A stretch of 64,000 nucleotides of DNA from Cyanobacteria bacterium P01_F01_bin.150 (GCA_039189765.1 JBCCYL010000025.1:11807-75806), one strand, 5' to 3'. Counted from the first letter of the stretch, positions 50,301 through 59,964 are shown. Program-made: numbers and translations. The notes: generated by a model from the sequence alone, not told the origin.

Positions 50301-53300
50301 CGAATTCGGCAACGACATCCTCATTGGTGGTTTTGGTTTTGACCATCTCTACGGTAACCAGGGTCGTGATGTCATCTGGGGTGACTTGATTAACAACACC
50401 GACCAAGGCGACGTAGACATCATTCGCGGTGGCGATGGCGACGACGAAATCCATGCTGGTGGTGGTGATGACTGGGTCCGGGGTGACAGTGGCTCCGGTG
50501 ATGATGACATCTGGGGCGATGCGGGTAACGACCTACTCGAAGGTGGCGCAGGTAACGACACCATTCGGGGCGGCACAGGCAACGATGAGATCTATGGAAA
50601 TGACGACAACGATGTTCTAGAGGGTAATGAGGGTATTGACCAAATCTACGGTAACGACGGCGATGACGAAATTGATGGTGGATCTGGCTCTGATACCATC
50701 CATGGCAATGATGGTAACGACACCATCAGCGGCGGCACGGAAGATGATACCCTCTTTGGCGATGCAGGTAACGACTCTATTGCCGGAGACGATGGAGCTG
50801 ACTATATCGACGCTGACACAGGTGATGATATTGCCGATGGCGGCAACGGCAGCGACGAGATCTATGGTCGTACCGGAAACGATATTCTGGATGGTGGTGC
50901 CGATGCTGACTTTATCTACGGTGAAAGCGGCGACGACACCCTCCTAGGATCCGCTGGCGAAGACTACATTGATGGCGGCTTGGGCAACGATACCGCTGAT
51001 GGCGGCGACGATGTAGACTTGATTTACGGTCGCGTTGGTGATGACATCTTGGATGGCGGTGCTGGCGATGACCAGATTTATGGGGAATCCGGCCATGACA
51101 CCTTACTGGGGTCTGCTGGCGATGATTATCTAGATGCTGGAATTGGCAACGATACCGCTGATGGTGGTGAGGGCACTGACGAAATTTACGGTAGTGAAGG
51201 CGAAGATAACCTCGATGGCGGCGCAGGAGATGATTTCGTCTACGGTGAAGCAGGTGACGACAGGCTGTCTGGTTCCGACGGAGAAGATTATCTTAGCGGC
51301 GCAGAGGGCAATGACAACCTTGATGGTGGTGCTGACAATGATCTGCTGGATGCTGCCATTGGCGATGACAGTCTCTACGGTGGGGCTGGCAATGATACCC
51401 TCAATGCGGCTGAAGGAGACGATCTACTCTATGGTCAGGAGGGGAACGACTTACTCAACGCTGGTACAGGCAACGATTACCTAGATGGTGGTAAGGGTGA
51501 GGATATTCTTAATGCTGACAATGGGGATGACATTCTTTTCGGTGGTGATGGTGACGATTTCCTCAATGCCGGACTTGGGGATGACATTGCCAATGGTGGT
51601 GCAGGGGATGACGATATCCTCGGTGCAGAGGGCAATGATGAACTCTCTGGTGGTGACGGTAATGATTTCATAGACGCGGGTGTTGGTGATGATGTAGCAG
51701 TCGGTGGCGCTGGTAACGATGACCTCCTCGGTCGCACAGGTGATGATGAACTATCAGGGGAAGATGGTGAGGATCTGCTGGAAGGCCATGAAGGCGACGA
51801 CATCCTTGATGGCGGTGCTGGCAATGATATTCTCCGGGGCGGCACTGGCGACGACGTGCTTATGGGGGGCAAAGGGGACGATTCTCTGGACGGCGGTGAC
51901 GGCAATGATGTCCTTGATGGCGGTGCTGGGATTGATAGCGTTACCTACAAAGACTCTTCCGTTGGGGTTTTCATCAATGCCGATGATGAGAATAGTCATC
52001 AGGACCATGACCTGGACTGTAGCTGTGACGATTGTGATGTCACGGCTACAAACACCGAGCCAGAGTTTTATCTCGCTCCCGGTGAGGTTTATGACGAGTC
52101 AGGATCTAGCGATACCTTAACGAATATCGAAAATATTGAAGGATCCGATTACAACGACGTCATCATCGGTGGTAAGGAAGATAATCTGCTGGTAGGCGCA
52201 GGGGGCGATGACTTTTTGGAAGGGAATGGTGGTCGCGATACCCTAGATGGCGGCGAAGGCAATGATACAGTCAGCTACCAAGATGACCCCAGCGGGGTTC
52301 GTGTCAACCTGTTCGACAATCATGCCACTGATGGCTACGGTAAGGACGATCGCCTCCTATCCATTGAAAACGCCACTGGTTCTGAGCATCGAGACATTAT
52401 CAAAGGTGACGTTCAGGCCAATATTCTCCATGGTGCTGGTGGCAACGATGATATCTACGGTCAAGATGGCGATGACCAAATAATAGGCGACAAAGGTAAT
52501 GACAAACTCTACGGTGGTGATGGCAATGATAAATTGCTAGGTCAAGAAGACAACGATACCTTGTATGGCGATGATGGAGAGGATCATCTCTGTGGAGGAC
52601 AGGGGGATGACAAACTCTACGGTCACAAAGACAAAGACACCTTAGCAGGCGGAAAAGGCAATGACACCCTTGATGGAGGAGCACATAAGGATACTCTTAA
52701 CGGCGATGATGGAAATGATGAGTTATTTGGAGGTAAAGGCAACGATATCCTCTTTGGTGGAGCAGAAAACGATACTCTCAACGGCGGCAGCGGCGATGAT
52801 GACCTTGATGGCGGTAATGGCAATGATTTCTTAAACGGCCAAGATGGAGATGATTTCCTCAACGGTCAATCTGGCAACGACAGGCTTTATGGAGCTTACG
52901 GAGAAGACACCATTTACGGTGGCGCTGGAGACGATCTTATCTATGGTGAAGATGCCGACGATCGCCTCCTTGGAGGCGCTGGGGATGACACCCTATCGGG
53001 CGGATCTGGCAGCGATCGCCTTGCTGGTGATGCGGGGAACGACCACATTACCGGAAACACAGGTACTGACATTATAGAAGGCGGACAGGGCAACGATACC
53101 CTCAACGGTGGGGATGGTCAGGATAGTCTGACAGGCGACGCTGGAAATGATGAACTGCTTGGAGAAGCTGGCGCAGACGAACTGACGGGTGGCTCTGGAC
53201 ACGACACCTTAAAAGGCGGTTCTGAGAATGACATCCTTATCGGTAATAACGGTAATGATGTGCTAATGGGTGGCTCTGACTACGATACCCTTGATGGAGG

Positions 53301-53952
53301 CATGGGGGATGATACGTTAAATGGCGGCACTGGCGACGATATTCTGACGGGTGGCTCAGGTGCGGATGAACTTGTGGGCGATCGCGGCCGGGATGACTTA
53401 GATGGTGGGTCTGGAAACGACACCCTTTATGGAGGAGACGATGCTGATATTCTGCATGGACAATCTGGTCACGATACATTGGATGGAGGTAGTGAGGATG
53501 ACCAACTCTTTGGTGGCACTGGCGACGACACCCTGCTGGGTGGCAGTAGTGGGGAAGATTCGTTAAGTGGTGGTGATGGCAACGATTTCCTAGATGGTGG
53601 GAAGGACGACGACTTCCTGTTAGGCGATCGCGGCACCGATACTCTGTTGGGTGGTAATGGAGATGATCTGCTGAATGGCGGTTCAGGTAACGATATCCTC
53701 ACAGGTGGGAACGGCGACGATACCTTTGTCTTAGCTTCGGGCTTGGGCGTAGATACCATTACCGACTTCACCATTGGAGAAGACCTGATTGGCCTATCAG
53801 GGTTGACCTTTGGGGATTTGACCCTTACCCAAGGCCAAGGCGATCGCACTGACCATACTCTGATTCGCCTGATATCCACAGGCGAAACCCTAGCCATTCT
53901 AGAGAACACCCAGGCCATCGACCTGACGTCTAACGCCTTTAAAGTGGTCTAG
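47350..53952 (+). CDS. RTX (GGxGxD Ca-binding repeat) protein with N-terminal alpha/beta-hydrolase-like domain
   Basis: Dozens of GGxGxDxLx nonamers; C-terminal GVDTITDF..GED.I.L; N-terminal VILVGHSQG, NDPV, GDHAIENY. Confidence 0.9.
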   Translation: MRIMADFNFDKVLDQAIEDGGKTYLVYMNGIRTTEEQYQTRDIQGFNSIWNLYHNLINPSGKQDFLGEGSDSISRGSIELDTQYRNTTDSTGSDWGDIGIFAINFLFNYALDKFSLFEVLEQVNKSKDLKKKIDGLTEKLNKLVNDNADPADINRVQDEISLVAKDLDSLKDIVDFFDTIKVSWEFISSLVKTPPDQWHTNDEFTDKSFFFLKEVASFIPGFGEISSVIDAAIDAAPADLKEALKQYWYKEPQFQDINTWIEPAEEWLASNDSNSVILVGHSQGNFFIEDGLININQDKSNVSVLSLASPTSYLFADGIDFYRTENTLNNDVVYGNDPVTKLRFDSEPNVWDKIYNMVLLVGNIFSLGDHAIENYFTDDNAKSFLTSTFYDLHPEGYYFPVGGSLNIGEQSNDDDWIEGSGTLEGEGRNDVLRGQDDSEDTLIGGEGYDILDGRGGEDTADYSSSPDRVIVNAAQYGGSDVYRIEDGFGTIDTVGDVETIVGSPGDDEMYGGNYTDHFIGEDGKDDLRGGGGDDLLSGGNDNDTIHGDDGNDEAWGDDGNDTIHGGTGEDTLHGGIGDDTIYADADNDTVYGNEGLDTIHGGIGEDTLHGGTEDDTIYGDEDNDTIYGDEGIDAIYGGSGADIIDGGTEDDYIEGGTEGDTIYGDDGADTIWGQAGSDIIYGQTGWDWISGGDGNDAIYGGDGGDQIYANAGDDYVEGGTYGDYIEGGSGNDTILGQWGNDRIRGQDGNDTINGGTGKDDIHGNAGADSIYGAEDNDLLIGNQGNDQIDGGQDIDTVDYQQSPSSVVVNILEGQGFEHDRLQRFNSHVDDTNPSEYYTDLEIDFSLAAGRAIDGYGTIDSLLNLENIIGSVWDDVLIGNRTENQILGLAGNDLIIGHRGNDTLDGGDGIDTVSYRRDSGGVTVNLATGTATDGWGDQDTLSNFIHVVGSRFDDDLAGDAQDNIITAGDRNDIVDGGLGNDFLYGEFGNDILIGGFGFDHLYGNQGRDVIWGDLINNTDQGDVDIIRGGDGDDEIHAGGGDDWVRGDSGSGDDDIWGDAGNDLLEGGAGNDTIRGGTGNDEIYGNDDNDVLEGNEGIDQIYGNDGDDEIDGGSGSDTIHGNDGNDTISGGTEDDTLFGDAGNDSIAGDDGADYIDADTGDDIADGGNGSDEIYGRTGNDILDGGADADFIYGESGDDTLLGSAGEDYIDGGLGNDTADGGDDVDLIYGRVGDDILDGGAGDDQIYGESGHDTLLGSAGDDYLDAGIGNDTADGGEGTDEIYGSEGEDNLDGGAGDDFVYGEAGDDRLSGSDGEDYLSGAEGNDNLDGGADNDLLDAAIGDDSLYGGAGNDTLNAAEGDDLLYGQEGNDLLNAGTGNDYLDGGKGEDILNADNGDDILFGGDGDDFLNAGLGDDIANGGAGDDDILGAEGNDELSGGDGNDFIDAGVGDDVAVGGAGNDDLLGRTGDDELSGEDGEDLLEGHEGDDILDGGAGNDILRGGTGDDVLMGGKGDDSLDGGDGNDVLDGGAGIDSVTYKDSSVGVFINADDENSHQDHDLDCSCDDCDVTATNTEPEFYLAPGEVYDESGSSDTLTNIENIEGSDYNDVIIGGKEDNLLVGAGGDDFLEGNGGRDTLDGGEGNDTVSYQDDPSGVRVNLFDNHATDGYGKDDRLLSIENATGSEHRDIIKGDVQANILHGAGGNDDIYGQDGDDQIIGDKGNDKLYGGDGNDKLLGQEDNDTLYGDDGEDHLCGGQGDDKLYGHKDKDTLAGGKGNDTLDGGAHKDTLNGDDGNDELFGGKGNDILFGGAENDTLNGGSGDDDLDGGNGNDFLNGQDGDDFLNGQSGNDRLYGAYGEDTIYGGAGDDLIYGEDADDRLLGGAGDDTLSGGSGSDRLAGDAGNDHITGNTGTDIIEGGQGNDTLNGGDGQDSLTGDAGNDELLGEAGADELTGGSGHDTLKGGSENDILIGNNGNDVLMGGSDYDTLDGGMGDDTLNGGTGDDILTGGSGADELVGDRGRDDLDGGSGNDTLYGGDDADILHGQSGHDTLDGGSEDDQLFGGTGDDTLLGGSSGEDSLSGGDGNDFLDGGKDDDFLLGDRGTDTLLGGNGDDLLNGGSGNDILTGGNGDDTFVLASGLGVDTITDFTIGEDLIGLSGLTFGDLTLTQGQGDRTDHTLIRLISTGETLAILENTQAIDLTSNAFKVV

Positions 53953-54209
53953 CGCGACAATATGGAGCATACGGTTGTTTCTTGCCCCCACTTCTGATAC
54001 GCTTTGCTGTCAAGCGTCCAATTACGCGAAAAGCGTCCCCTAGATGTGTGACACCACAGCTAGAGGACTAACCACCCCATCTGAGCGAGCAGACGGACTG
54101 GCTATCAGGTATTATGACATCCCTGAACGCCATCCCACCTTGTAATGCAACATTTTTGGGATGGCGTGTTGTTTGGGCGGACCTAAAACAACAAAACAGG
54201 AGTGTTCTA

Positions 54210-54446
54210 ATGACAACATCCACTAACCCAGCCCAGCGGCTTGGCGACTTTGTGCATCCCGATATTCCGGAACATGAAGGAGCTGATATTCTGCGCGTTA
54301 TGGCGATCGGCTCCCTGAGAGCGGTCAATCAGCACGTAATGAAAATGTATCAGCTTGGCTACGCTGAACCCCATGAGTGGTCCCGTGTTTTGCCTACCCC
54401 CAATCCTAATGAGGTGATGCGGGTTTTAACCAAACGCATTGTTTAA
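54210..54446 (+). CDS. Small conserved cyanobacterial hypothetical protein
   Basis: AGGAG ribosome-binding site; IGS..AV......Y.LGYAE..EWS...P pattern. The ORF track starts at 54114. Confidence 0.7.
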   Translation: MTTSTNPAQRLGDFVHPDIPEHEGADILRVMAIGSLRAVNQHVMKMYQLGYAEPHEWSRVLPTPNPNEVMRVLTKRIV

Positions 54447-54545
54447 AGGCAGAAGGATGAAGGCAGAAGGCAGAAAAAAGGAGGAAGGCGGCTTGCCCTG
54501 AGCGAAGCCGTTGGCGTAGCCGCCCCAAAGGGGCTAGGGAAGTGG
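54447..54545. repeat. AGGCAGA heptamer repeats and nested short dispersed repeats
   Basis: AGGCAGAAGG...; GCCCTGAGCGAAGCCG followed by TTGGCGTAGCCGCCCCAAAGGGG. Confidence 0.6.
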
Positions 54546-54710
54546 GGGGCGATACGTGCGAGCACGGATAAATTAACGCTTATCCTAGACGACTTCAAGT
54601 CTCAAGCAGGTGGCATGACCTGAGCATCCGCTATGATAAATGTCAAAACATCTTTCCTGGCGGATGCCCCACAGACTCTCTTATACCTTACTTCAATCCC
54701 AACATTTCCC

Positions 54711-55289
54711 ATGACGGCCTATACTATTGACCTCAGTCCTATTCTTACTCTCAACACTCACCAATTCGAACAGTTATGTCAGGCTAATCCTGAGGTTAAA
54801 TTTGAACGCACCCCCACAGGAGAGTTGATTATTATGCATCCTACAGGTGGCGAAACTGGAAATCGGAATATTGAACTTGCTGCCGATTTCGTCATTTGGA
54901 ATCGTCAAGCTCAGTTAGGTGTTTTATTTGACTCTTCTACTTGCTTTCGCCTGCCTAATGGAGGCGATCGCTCCCCTGATGTTGCCTGGGTAGAACAATC
55001 ACGATGGGATGCACTGCTCCCCGAGCAACAACGCAAATTTCCCCCCATTTGCCCTGATTTTGTTTTGGAGTTGCGTTCACCTAGCGATCGCCTCAGTCCT
55101 ATCCAAGCAAAAATGCAAGAGTATCTTGTGAGCGGTGCCCAGCTCGGCTGGCTCTTAAATCCAGAAGGCAAGCAAACCGAAATTTATCGGCCAGGAAAAT
55201 CTGTTGAAATTTTGCAAGCGCCTACCGTTCTTTCTGGTGAATCCGTTCTCCCTAATTTTTCACTCAACGTAAGCTGGTTGTGGCGTTAA
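54711..55289 (+). CDS. Uma2 family (DUF820) endonuclease
   Basis: FERT..GELI.M.PTG, FDSST.F.LPNG..RSPD.AW, PDFVLEL.S, KMQEY...G..LGWL. The ORF track starts at 54633. Confidence 0.93.
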   Translation: MTAYTIDLSPILTLNTHQFEQLCQANPEVKFERTPTGELIIMHPTGGETGNRNIELAADFVIWNRQAQLGVLFDSSTCFRLPNGGDRSPDVAWVEQSRWDALLPEQQRKFPPICPDFVLELRSPSDRLSPIQAKMQEYLVSGAQLGWLLNPEGKQTEIYRPGKSVEILQAPTVLSGESVLPNFSLNVSWLWR

Positions 55290-55310
55290 TCGAGGCAAGA
55301 AGGATTAGAA

Positions 55311-55501
55311 AAGGCAGAAGGCAGAAGGCAGAAGGCAGAAGGATGAATTAAAAGTGGGGGGCGATCGCGTCCTATCGCCGCAATTCCAGCCAATCCGTCT
55401 GCATTGGGCGCGGAAACCGCTCCCCTACGGGCAATCGGGCGAATGTAGGGGTCAGGTCTCCTGATCCAATGCCGTATACAGAGAGGGGGCGATCGCGTCC
55501 T
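55311..55501. repeat. AGGCAGA heptamers and a GTAG-type REP-like pair flanked by a 17-bp HIP1-containing direct repeat
   Basis: GGGGGCGATCGCGTCCT at 55357-55373 and 55485-55501; CCCCTAC...GTAGGGG between them. Confidence 0.7.
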
Positions 55502-55801
55502 CGCATTGATGTCTTAGTCGTGAATAGATCTGGGAATCAACCGATTTGGCTAGCGGTCATTGAATCCAAACGGAGCGACTTTGCCGCTACCCGTGCTCTG
55601 GCCCAGACTCTTGCCTATATGTTGGCCAACCCCGATCCAGCACTATCGACCTTTGGTCTGATCACCAACGGTTCCGAGTTCACGTTTCTTAAGGCCCAGC
55701 GACAGCCCCAAGCCCAATACGCGACGTCCAAACTCTTTTCCCTATTCAATCCCAGCAACGAACTCCACCAGGTTCTTACCATCCTTAAACATCTCGCGTA
55801 A
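55469..55801 (+). pseudogene. 5'-truncated PD-(D/E)xK restriction-endonuclease-like (HsdR N-terminal-like) fragment
   Basis: RIDVLVV...WLAVIESKR...Q.LAYM...FGLITNG..F.FLK begins directly after a HIP1/repeat junction. Confidence 0.65.
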
Positions 55802-55885
55802 ATCTTATCCCGATTAAGTTTCATCCCGTTAATATCGCTAAGCTCACACATTATTTTGCATTGTTTTTACGGCTGTGTGCCCCTA

Positions 55886-56590
55886 TCAAACGCTCTGAGG
55901 CCAAAACCGACTGGCATACACCGCTGCTTGGGTGCGATCGCGCAATTTCAACTGGCTCAGAATACTGGTGACATGGTTCCGTACTGTCCGCTCAGCGATA
56001 AAGAGGGTTTCGCCAATTTCGCGGTTGCTGAGTCCAGCTACGATGAGCTGGAGGACTTCCTGTTCTCGGGGGGAGAGCGATCGCAAGTTTTCCGGCAGCG
56101 CTATTTCCTGGGAATGGGTCGATGCTCCTGGTGTTTGAGCCGTCCCTAATGTTTTTTCAAACAGCCCCGGTCCCATATGGGTATAGCCTTGATAAACCGC
56201 TCGAATGGCCGTCACTAATTCTTCAATTGGCGTTTGCTTGAGCAAATACCCCTTAGCGCCCCACCTCATCGCTTGCTGTACATATTCGGTATCGTCAAAG
56301 GTGGTCAGCACCAGGATTTTCACCTCTGGAAAGTCTGCACAGATTTGCTTGGTTGCGGCAACCCCATCCACCACGGGCATTCGCACATCCATCAGAATCA
56401 CGTCCGGTTGTTTGAGAGTACTGTAAAGCGTTGAGACCCGATCGATGGCCTGCTGACCGTTGGCAGCATCGCCCACCACCTGTAAATCCGGTTGACTTTC
56501 CAGCAGGTTGGCCAAGCCCTGGCGAATAATGGGCTGGTCATCAACTAATAAGACGCGAATCATTGGTTTTGTCTCCTTCGCTTTTCCCAT
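55886..56590 (-). CDS. NarL/LuxR-family response regulator
   Basis: VLLVDDQ, PDVILMDVRMP..DG, LTTFDD, GYLLK, and HTH LSPREQEVL...TVRNH. Confidence 0.95.
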   Translation of the reverse strand: MGKAKETKPMIRVLLVDDQPIIRQGLANLLESQPDLQVVGDAANGQQAIDRVSTLYSTLKQPDVILMDVRMPVVDGVAATKQICADFPEVKILVLTTFDDTEYVQQAMRWGAKGYLLKQTPIEELVTAIRAVYQGYTHMGPGLFEKTLGTAQTPGASTHSQEIALPENLRSLSPREQEVLQLIVAGLSNREIGETLFIAERTVRNHVTSILSQLKLRDRTQAAVYASRFWPQSV

Positions 56591-56594
56591 CCGT

Positions 56595-57893
56595 TTAAGC
56601 AGGATACTCCAGAGGGGAGGGCAGGGGTAGCGTCACTCGAATACAACAGCCAGCCCCTGGTGAACTTTGGATTTGGCAGGTTCCCCCCAGGGCGATCGCC
56701 CGTTCTCTCATCCCCCGTAAGCCAAACCCTGTGGTGTTTTTACTGGGTTCAAACCCCATTCCATTGTCCTCCACCTGCACCTGAAGACTGGGCTTTTGAT
56801 GGGATGGATGAGGGGACAATTTAGCCAATACTTTGACCGACAGTTCAGTGGCTTGGCTGTGTTTTACCACATTGGTCAGGGCTTCTTGCACAATTCGGTA
56901 GGCGGCTAAACTAAGGTCATCGGATAGGGCCGTAGAGATATAAATGTCACAGGTTGGGATGATGGCGGACGATTGGCAGATTTTATTGACTAAGTCAGGA
57001 ATGCTAGTCTGCAAAGGTTTATCGGTTTGGGGAGAGTCACGCAGAGCAGTGACGGCACGTGAAACCTCTTTAAGTGCCTGATAGGATGAGTCTTTGGCTT
57101 TGAGGAGATAGGATTTTGCCTGCTCTGGATCGGGGTCCCAAAACAGCAAGACGTTTTCTAGCAAAATCGTTTGCGCCGTAAGGGAATGCCCGAGGGAGTC
57201 ATGGATTTCGCGGGCGATGCGATTACGTTCCTGAAGGGCCGCTTGGCCCTCGACCTGGAGGGCATATTGCTGTAGCTGGGTGTGGGCGATCGCCAGTTTT
57301 TGTTGACTTCTATGGACGCTGAGCAGGGCATCCACCAGGAGGAAAACAAACAGCAATGCCAAGCTAAACAGTATGATGGCGTTAGTCTGAAATACATTCA
57401 TCTGCCAGGCTTCAGGGCTGGAGAGTATCCGAGAGATATTCTGGCGGATGGCCGTTTGCCCCAGAGTTAGGGAGACAAATAAATGCAGCCCAAAGGTAAT
57501 GCTAGCGATTACGAGTCGTCCTTGGGTTTGAAAGAGCTGGCAGCTGCGAATCATAATGACTAGGCCCAGCAGCGGAATTATTCGCAGCATTAGTGGGTTA
57601 TCAAGGCAACGCAGCACTAAAAGGCCGAAGAGGACTAGCTCGATCGCGGTGTAGAAAATCTTGGTTCGCAGTTGCCTAAGGGGCAAATATAGTCCCATAA
57701 GGCCAATCAATCCAAACAGGAGCAGTTCTGGCCAAAGGATCTGAAAGCCTTGATGGAGAACCATTGCGGTAATGCTTACCAGTAGACCCATGCTGAGTAA
57801 GATCCATTCGACATACAGCAGTAGGCGTAAGGGGCGGGTGGCGGTGCGTTCTGGGGATAGGCGGGTGGGTGGGTTTAGCAACATTAACTTCAA
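56595..57893 (-). CDS. Membrane sensor histidine kinase (HisKA_3/NarX-like)
   Basis: Multiple TM helices; ERNRIAREIHDSLGH; QEALTNVVKHS; DNGMGF; GFGLRGMRER. Confidence 0.95.
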   Translation of the reverse strand: MKLMLLNPPTRLSPERTATRPLRLLLYVEWILLSMGLLVSITAMVLHQGFQILWPELLLFGLIGLMGLYLPLRQLRTKIFYTAIELVLFGLLVLRCLDNPLMLRIIPLLGLVIMIRSCQLFQTQGRLVIASITFGLHLFVSLTLGQTAIRQNISRILSSPEAWQMNVFQTNAIILFSLALLFVFLLVDALLSVHRSQQKLAIAHTQLQQYALQVEGQAALQERNRIAREIHDSLGHSLTAQTILLENVLLFWDPDPEQAKSYLLKAKDSSYQALKEVSRAVTALRDSPQTDKPLQTSIPDLVNKICQSSAIIPTCDIYISTALSDDLSLAAYRIVQEALTNVVKHSQATELSVKVLAKLSPHPSHQKPSLQVQVEDNGMGFEPSKNTTGFGLRGMRERAIALGGTCQIQSSPGAGCCIRVTLPLPSPLEYPA

Positions 57894-57955
57894 CTCTCAG
57901 CACAAGGACATCCCTGTAGTTTGGAAGGGGGCTGTTTGCAGTCGTTTCTACTCTA

Positions 57956-58039
57956 TCGTTGTGCAATGGACGCTGCCCAGTCACGCAAGTCCCAATTTTT
58001 GATAGCGTGCAGTAGGACAATCCTCCTATTGAGGTTTAA
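57956..58039. repeat. 84-bp direct repeat, copy 1
   Basis: 76 of 84 positions identical to 59001-59084 by manual comparison. Confidence 0.9.
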
Positions 58040-58141
58040 GAGATGATTATGCCTGCAAGGTGGAGGATTATGCCTTGTTGAGGTTGCCAGAAAAGACATT
58101 GGGATAAATTTTAGAGATGGTTTCAGGATGCTTTGCTCACA

Positions 58142-58489
58142 TCATAATGGTAGGTATCGAACTGAATTTGCCAAGTCTTCTGGTTCGCCCACCTGGGTAA
58201 TCAGCTCTAAATCACGAATGCAGTTCCCGATAGATACCAGCATTTGATGACCATAAATAACACCGGGAAAATCAATTCTCTGCTGCTGCCGACGATTGGC
58301 TTCCACGAGGAAATCGTCATCCTGGGTGAATAATACTTGCTAAAGCGTAGTGGCGCGATCGAGCACCTCAGGATCAGAAATTCCGGCCAGTCCATCTTCT
58401 TGGAGCGTTAAACCATCAACATTCCGTAGTCGCAATCCGAGGGTGATGGCTCGGTGGACATGCTCATCCATATACAAAGCAAGACTCAT
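58142..58489 (-). pseudogene. DUF5615 PIN-like toxin with in-frame TAG at codon 50
   Basis: MSLALYMDEHV...LR.R.VD..T.QEDG....SD.EVL.RA..L*QVLFTQD.DF...GVIY...YLPL; TAG at 58340-58342; ATGA overlap with the DUF433 gene. Confidence 0.85.
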
Positions 58490-58803
58490 TTTAAGCGGCC
58501 CTGTTCCCGAAGTTTAGCGGCAAGGGGAAACGGTTCAGCCGATTGTTGTAGTTGCTTGACGGTGTCCAGTCGTTGTTCGATATCCGCATCAATATCCGCT
58601 TTGTAGTCCCAGTAGTAGGCCAAGGCGGAGTAAATTTGACTCATGGACAGGTAAGGGTGCTGAAAATGGATCTCTTCGGGACTCCATCCATATGCTTTAT
58701 GGGCGATGATGAGTTCCACTACTTTCATCGTGGTTCCCACAATTATGGGCACTCCAGCATCATTGACCTGGATATATTTATGTTCAGAGGTAGTGAAGGT
58801 CAT
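58486..58803 (-). CDS. DUF433 antitoxin
   Basis: G.PII.GT.MKV..L......G.SPEEI..Q.P.L...QI.SALAYY. Confidence 0.9.
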   Translation of the reverse strand: MTFTTSEHKYIQVNDAGVPIIVGTTMKVVELIIAHKAYGWSPEEIHFQHPYLSMSQIYSALAYYWDYKADIDADIEQRLDTVKQLQQSAEPFPLAAKLREQGRLK

Positions 58804-58924
58804 TACGCCTCGATTAAATCGGTGAGTGCTTAGTGTTCTTTATTATGAAGTATTGGCTCAGATTTAGAGCACCTCAGAAACAAGCTTTATCGAACCGGGA
58901 GAAGAAGAGATGGTGAAAGTCACA

Positions 58925-58998
58925 GTAGTGTGCGTGGCAACGCACCATATTCATCAGATATCAGCCGGAAGCGGTGCGTGATAACCCACCTATTACTA
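58925..58998. repeat. GTAG-type REP-like inverted pair
   Basis: GTAGTGTGCGTGGCAACGCACC...GGTGCGTGATAACCCACCTATTAC. Confidence 0.55.
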
Positions 58999-59000
58999 CT

Positions 59001-59084
59001 TCGTTGTGCCATGGACGCTGCCCAATCACGCAAGTCCCAATTTTCAATGACGTACAGTAGGACAATCCTCCTATTGTGGTTTAA
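59001..59084. repeat. 84-bp direct repeat, copy 2
   Basis: See 57956-58039. Confidence 0.9.
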
Positions 59085-59118
59085 ATAATGTGATGATTTG
59101 GATCGATCGCCAACTCCC

Positions 59119-59250
59119 TTACTCTCTACCCTCATTCTTGTCCGAGCGATCTTTTTCTAAATCAGCCAGGAGCCGAGATGCGATCGCGTCCTGCTGCTCG
59201 TCTGAGAGCTTAGACACTTCTGCAATAGCCTTTTGAAGGAGTTCAGTCAT
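59119..59250 (-). pseudogene. Truncated small antitoxin-like protein
   Basis: MTELLQKAIAEVSKLSDEQQDAIASRLLADLE, then diverges near GATCGC and stops after 43 aa; no toxin gene follows. Confidence 0.55.
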
Positions 59251-59964
59251 AGTTTCAAACAGCTACCAACTGTAGTGAATGGTCCGCCTGCATTATACCC
59301 AAGTCATTATTCCGTACTGCTTCAAAGTTCTTTATTCGGCCCATTCATTCACGCACTGCTTTTTCGATTGAGGATGTTGCATCGAATTGAGGTCACAATG
59401 CTTTCGGCAAGGGTTTCAGGGATAGCGATCGCCACTTCCAATTCTTCTTTGGGGGCATCTGGAGCAATATTTTGTGCGAGGGTAAAGCTTGGACCGATGA
59501 TCCCTGGCAAAAACACGTCGCTACACAGTAGCCGTCCACAGACATAGGCCCGATTAGGGTTCCACGCCAAAACCTGTTGCGAACTTGTGGATAGGGTCGA
59601 AAACGGAGAGAGTTGTGGAGGTGGCCGTGCCGAGTATCAACAGACAACTCAGCACGCTAGCAATAACCTATCGAAAGAGTGATCGTGACAGCATGGAAAA
59701 CCGCACCATAACGGGCTGAGAATTTGAATCGCCTATTAGCAAGTATGAGCCTTACCCAACAAATTATTGAGGTCAAGCGAACTTTAAGAGCGTGCTGTTT
59801 CTCTATAAAGGCAAGGTTTCAAAGATAACGGAAAAGAACGACATAGCAACGACTATGATCCCGATGGCCAATGAGAAGGCGAGGTGAATCGATATGTTTT
59901 ATCCAAAACATTAAACTCTTGTGAAGATGAACTCACAAATAAAGTGGTGTAGGCTCTTCAGCTT

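Noticed and set aside
38698..53918. Numerous antisense and alternate-frame ORFs within the TpsA and RTX genes
   Set aside because: Shadow ORFs caused by repetitive Gly/Asp/Ile codon usage.
59233..59647. Overlapping short ORFs, possibly a frameshifted gene remnant
   Set aside because: No motif I can assign with confidence.
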